Made by a program: the position numbers and the translations under genes. From Eledone cirrhosa (taxonomy: Eukaryota): a stretch of DNA of 64,000 nt. The notes below the pieces were generated by a model. The model made no database searches and was not told the DNA's origin. It worked only from the letters and a program-made list of their open reading frames with translations. Within the stretch, counting starts at the first letter, position 1, and the number at the start of each line of letters is the position of its first letter. This document shows positions 59,099 through 64,000 of the stretch, one piece after another. Location of the stretch: NCBI GenBank assembly GCA_964016885.1, contig OZ024742.1:134912001-134976000 (forward strand), read 5' to 3'.

Positions 59099-59795
59099 AA
59101 ACTTGATTTTTGCAGACGTATATAATCAACAGGGAAAAACATTAATGGTCTCTAATATTGCATTATCTTATAACTATCTATAGAAGAAATAACGCTCGAA
59201 TGAATGACACTTGTTCAATAATACGCTGGCACGTTGATATACATAACATAGTATTATTAACTTTGATCCATACCATTATATCTCTATCTTTATTTTCCTA
59301 TCTAAGTTTTAAATTTTAGTTTAAATATCCAACCTGTATATATATTTTTACAGAGCTTATTTTTAACTGTGAATCTTTCATGTGTTTACATTTTTTATTT
59401 CTTATTTACAATATGTATGTAATTATCTTTTGTAATTTTTTAAATATACCTACCGTATTTTTATATCCATGATTCAAATATAGAGCAAATATCCAAACTA
59501 TAATTTATTATGGACCTTATTTTGAACTCTGAATTATCCATGCATTTATTATTATTATTTTTCTTATATATATATATGTATGTATTTAACTGTAACACGT
59601 TGAAATCTATTATATGAGATTATAATCGTTATCATTTACCTAAAGTATACTGTATCACTAATACTAATAGGTATCTATTTAACTTTAGCATTTTCTCATT
59701 ATTAGGGCATACATGTTGAATTTTCTCTTAGGTTATTCACTACCTTGATGAAATCTTAACCATTTAACATCTCAGGGTATGTCATGTATCATTAT

Positions 59796-59848
59796 ATTTT
59801 GTCTGATGATGACGTACTGTTGTACCTCCGAAATATGTATAATAACAT
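59796..59848 (+). ncRNA. Hammerhead ribozyme in PLE pLTR (copies at 56624-56676 plus and 55201-55253 minus)
   Basis: ATTTTGT CTGATGA TGA-C-GTAC tgtt GTAC-C-TCC GAAA T ATGT A TA ATAACAT. Confidence 0.75.
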
Positions 59849-59888
59849 TTAATTGATCAAAAGAACATCTATTTTATTAATATTTGTA

Positions 59889-59976
<88 letters not shown>

Positions 59977-60123
59977 TGCGTGTGTGTGTAAATATATGAA
60001 TATATATTGATATAATTTCATTGTACTTTCGAATATATGTATAATTTAAATATATTACCTTTATTTTTTTTCTTTCTGATTGAGGAATTATCTCTCCTCC
60101 CATTCACTCTCTCTCTTCACCCA

Positions 60124-60155
<32 letters not shown>

Positions 60156-61465
60156 CGTGGGAAAGTAAAAAATCGGAGAATAGACCGTTAAAACATGTTT
60201 ATTTAAAACAGCACCTACGTACGTTTCGCTCAGTTGGGTTTCTCAAGGGCATAAATAATCACAAGTGTTCCTTATATTGCTCGGAAAGAGTTTTTGGGGT
60301 TAAATCCACATCAAGGTTCATTGCTCGCAAAAATATCTTGTTTTGATTTTGCAGCAGGTCAAGGGAGGTAACTCTGGTCGGTGTTAGGGCAGTCTTTCCT
60401 GACAATTTTTTTTTTTTCCCCTTGCCGCAACTGTTTGTTACATATTTCTTACGGTACCATCAAGTTTTAAAGACTCTTACTTAGAGGTAATTTCGTAGTT
60501 ATTTTTCCATGGCCACAATTTCAAATTGACATGACACTTTATGTAGTTTCATCAAATATGTTCATTTAATTAACTACATATTTATCTTAAGGTGTTATGC
60601 TAACACCCCCTATAGAGCTTTTCGCCTGGTTTAATATCAGTTTCCTCATACATGATTATAAATCTAATATATATCACTCTCGTTCTGATCGATCGACAAG
60701 ATCAAAGATCTCATTCGCTTGCCGAGTGGGGTGGACCTCCTCAAATCGGACAAAGCAATCAATGTTTCCATTAGTGTTTCCATTGCTGATTTTGTCTACC
60801 CGTGACAAATCCTGGCAGAAGTGTCTTCCTGAAGGACACAACGCATCACTCGGTCCGAGAATTGAACTCGCAAACTCACGATTGCGAATCAAACTCTCTA
60901 ACCACTAAGCCACGCGCCTTCACGCTCCTAAAATGTATACAAAAATGATATTGATCATATTATTTTAGAAATGCATTATATCAGACAAAAAGTTGCACTC
61001 TAATTTAAATAGGTTTTTGAGTTATTTTGAAATATCTTTTCTGTTTTGACATATAGTGTTAGTGATCATGACGATTTTCACGAGAGAGGTCGAAGTAAAC
61101 AGGTTTCACTCTAACAAATACATGGTCTAAATGTTTCCAACTGAAGTGACACGCTACATATCCTCCAAGGGGCAGCTAGTGGCATTAAACTAGGTGCAGG
61201 ATTAAAGATAAATCTACGAATCCAGATTAAATCAACATAGCAAACCCAACTTGACTGCTGCATTTGAATTAATTTAATTTATGCTGAGAGAGTGTTTCAT
61301 GTATCTTGTTTTTTGGCAAATTATCGCGTATATATATATATATATTTAAATATAGAAGAGCTTCTACAGGACTAGAACTGTTTCATTCGTGAGAAATTAT
61401 ATATATATATATATATATATGTATAGCGATATTTTATAATATCTATATAATTTATAATATCTCTA

Positions 61466-61607
61466 TTTTGTAGAAGTAGTAACACAACAGTTAGTTCACC
61501 ATACCGAGAACAAATGTTTCACCTTGCGCGTCAGGGCTGGAGATCCGCAAGTGGAACATCTGTTCTCAGTATGGTGAACTAAATGTTGTGTTACTACTTC
61601 TACAAAA
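61466..61607. repeat. Foldback with degenerate hammerhead-like centre
   Basis: 61466-61528 inverts 61545-61607; the centre reads CTGGAGA TCC GCAA GTG GAAC (plus) and CTGACG C GCAA GGT GAAA (minus). Confidence 0.7.
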
Positions 61608-61672
61608 CTCGTCCCATGGACTGACTGCTCTGCCACTACGGATATTAGCCTGCAGCGTTCTACCTTTATATA

Positions 61673-62990
61673 TCTCTCTATATATAAAACTGTAGATGTA
61701 TGTCTGTGTGTGTGTATGATTTTTATGCATTTCCACATTTCTCTACCGATTTTGATGATTTTTTTCCAATGTGCTCCAAATTTACCAGGGCAGGTCAACC
61801 GGTAATTCCTTTTGCCAAATATATCCTGCTTCTATGAATGAAAATCGATAAAACTAAATACATGCTGTAACCCTCTCTCTTGCAAGCTTCATTCCTCTCA
61901 CTAATACCATAAAAATATATGAAACTACATACATGTTGCAACTCTCTTTAAAAGGTTCATCTTTTCCTCTACTCCTCTCAATCTCCTCTGCAACTCTTTT
62001 TAAAAGGTTCATCACTCTCTCTACTCCCTCCCTCAATCTCCTCTGCAACTCTCTTTAAAAGGTTACTGCATCCGTCTACTACCCCTTACAGCTTTGAACA
62101 ACGACAAAACTTCTTTTGAAGGAACGCGACAAAAACTTTGAAACCTAAGCAACAAATTGTCATAACGATACTCATACCTCAAATATCAAAATTTAAAAAG
62201 CCGATAACACTAAATACATACTGCTCTCTCAACGTATATGACAGCACTGCAGAGAGAGAAACAATGTATATGATCAAATGGAGCGTTCTGTATATTCCCC
62301 CTCTCTATAATTTAACTGTTTTACTCTCTCTGTCGCTCTTCACTCACTATATGACAACACTGCAGTGGAGCGTTCCGTATTGGCATACGGCTTATCTGGG
62401 GCATTTTCAATCGGCTTATTGCAAATAATAACCCGCAAAATAACACTTCATATAACAGATTAATGCTATAGACATATAAATCGGTACGTAACCCGTGAAC
62501 TTTTTCCTGGGCAAAATTATTCGAACAAACATGACCTGATTGCCAGAGTGGTCAAACTGAAACTGACTATCTCCCATGGCCAACTTTATGTTGCCTGTTC
62601 CCGCGTAGGGAGCAGGAATGGACTTTTTGCTTGCACTGCTCAAAGGATGACATGCAATATCGCCTACAAAGAGGTGCTATAGATTTTGCTGTAGGTGTTG
62701 GAGGTGTTGGAGCTATGCCGTCTGGAAAAATGGCAGGCTCACCATTAGCGAACAGATCTGACACCCAGCGGCATCAGGGCCACCATCTTGCAACTTGGTG
62801 TACTAAATTCGCTATTGGAAGATTATTAACCCGTCGTTGATTGTCCAAAATTGGTTCGTAACTATTAATAACCGGTTCAACTGCTTTATGCACTTAATTG
62901 ATAAGCTGATGCGTTTTCAAGCTACGTTTACCTGTATGTAACTTTTCATAGCAAATGAACAAACCCGAGCAACGTCGGGCTAAACTGGTA

Positions 62991-62991
<1 letters not shown>
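61673..62991 (+). mobile_element. Internally deleted (non-autonomous) Helitron
   Basis: 5' TC start after A (TCTCTCTATATATAAAA); Rep remnant PGQNYSNKHDLIARVVKLKL fused to PIF1 helicase motif SHGQLYVACSRVGS (~62505-62620); 3' hairpin CCCGAgcaacgTCGGG then GTAG followed by T. Confidence 0.88.
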
Positions 62992-63078
<87 letters not shown>

Positions 63079-63656
63079 CTGCCTATATGTGTGTGTATGA
63101 TTCAATTTATATTCTAAAAACTTACCCATACTAGATTTTTTCTGAAACTATCCTATAGTACACATCTTTCGTCCTGGACTATTTTCCCCTATTCTCCTTT
63201 CTTACCTTTTCTACGCCTCACTGTAGTTCGTTATCCGCACGCCAGACAGCAATACTTATTCACTTCTGTTTTAGTATGTCCATCCTTTCTATAATTTTCT
63301 CCTTTGGCTAAGCCTCTGCGCACTCTATATTGAGTAATTCGCCCGACATAACTTTTCTTCTACCCGTTTTGTTATTTCGTAATGTGCACTGGAAAGAACG
63401 GTATCGAACCTAATTCAACGAACCGTAGTGATTTCCGCAGGTTCAGGTTGACTGAGGAGATGGGGTCTCCGTCATACCGTAATGTTCTTTCCATTTCTCT
63501 TGACCTGTGCGTTCCCAGTTTTGAATATATATATATATATGTGTGTGTTTGAATATATATATATATACATATATATGTTTTGAATATATATAGGTGTAGC
63601 TACAGTAAATTGACGTTACAATCCCTAAACTATATATATATATATATGTGTGTGTG

Positions 63657-63687
<31 letters not shown>

Positions 63688-64000
63688 GGGTGTGTATGTG
63701 TACTAGGATGTGTGTATGTGTACACGCACGTTTAGGAAAGTGTTTGTGTTTGTTGCCTTTCTGTTTGCGTCGGATTATGTTTCCTTTTGAAGGCAATCAG
63801 AATAAATTGTCAGATAATAATTATGATAAGAGACCAAAGTATTTGATCAATGTAAGAAAATTTAGTCATAGTCATTAATAAAGAAACGATGAAATATTAC
63901 TAGTATGAAATAAGATAAATGGATGATAGGGCAATATATAATATATATATATAAGATAGACTAAAACAAGCTATCTCTTTGATTTTACATCACGTTTCTT

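Larger units (their letters stand above)
55156..59897 (+). mobile_element. Near-complete Penelope-like element with direct pLTRs and an inverted 3' copy
   Basis: Direct repeat 56525-56726 / 59697-59897; inverted 3' segment 55156-55848; both outer ends abut (TA)n. Confidence 0.92.
54004..61167. repeat. ~7.2 kb inverted-repeat structure enclosing a PLE
   Basis: 54004-54670 inverts 60440-61167 (older, diverged); 54905-55848 inverts 59186-60155 (near-identical). Confidence 0.92.

Overview
AT-rich, microsatellite-dense eukaryotic intergenic or intronic DNA; the SINE and microsatellite content suggests an octopus-like cephalopod (inference). No host gene can be supported, and nearly all listed ORFs are simple-repeat artefacts. 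Recognisable content: three frameshifted Penelope-like retroelements (PLEs; RT + GIY-YIG, Naiad-like), a fourth PLE fragment of another type, about 12 copies of one tRNA-derived SINE plus a second SINE family, an internally deleted Helitron, a mariner-type MITE and a ~4 kb GGT/GTA low-complexity field. The main unexplained structure is a recurring unit: short elements from many unrelated families sit inside (TA)n tracts as head-to-head inverted pairs with 3' ends facing outward. Most carry a minimal type I hammerhead ribozyme fold (about 20 intact or degenerate motifs read by eye). Many of these fall into two recurrent variants: a C.C mismatch at position 4 of helix II, or a U.U pair closing helix II. 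The C.C form is also in the terminal repeat of the most complete PLE, pointing to a PLE-driven, (TA)n-targeting family of non-autonomous ribozyme retroelements. Coordinates and pairings were read manually and may be off by a few bases.
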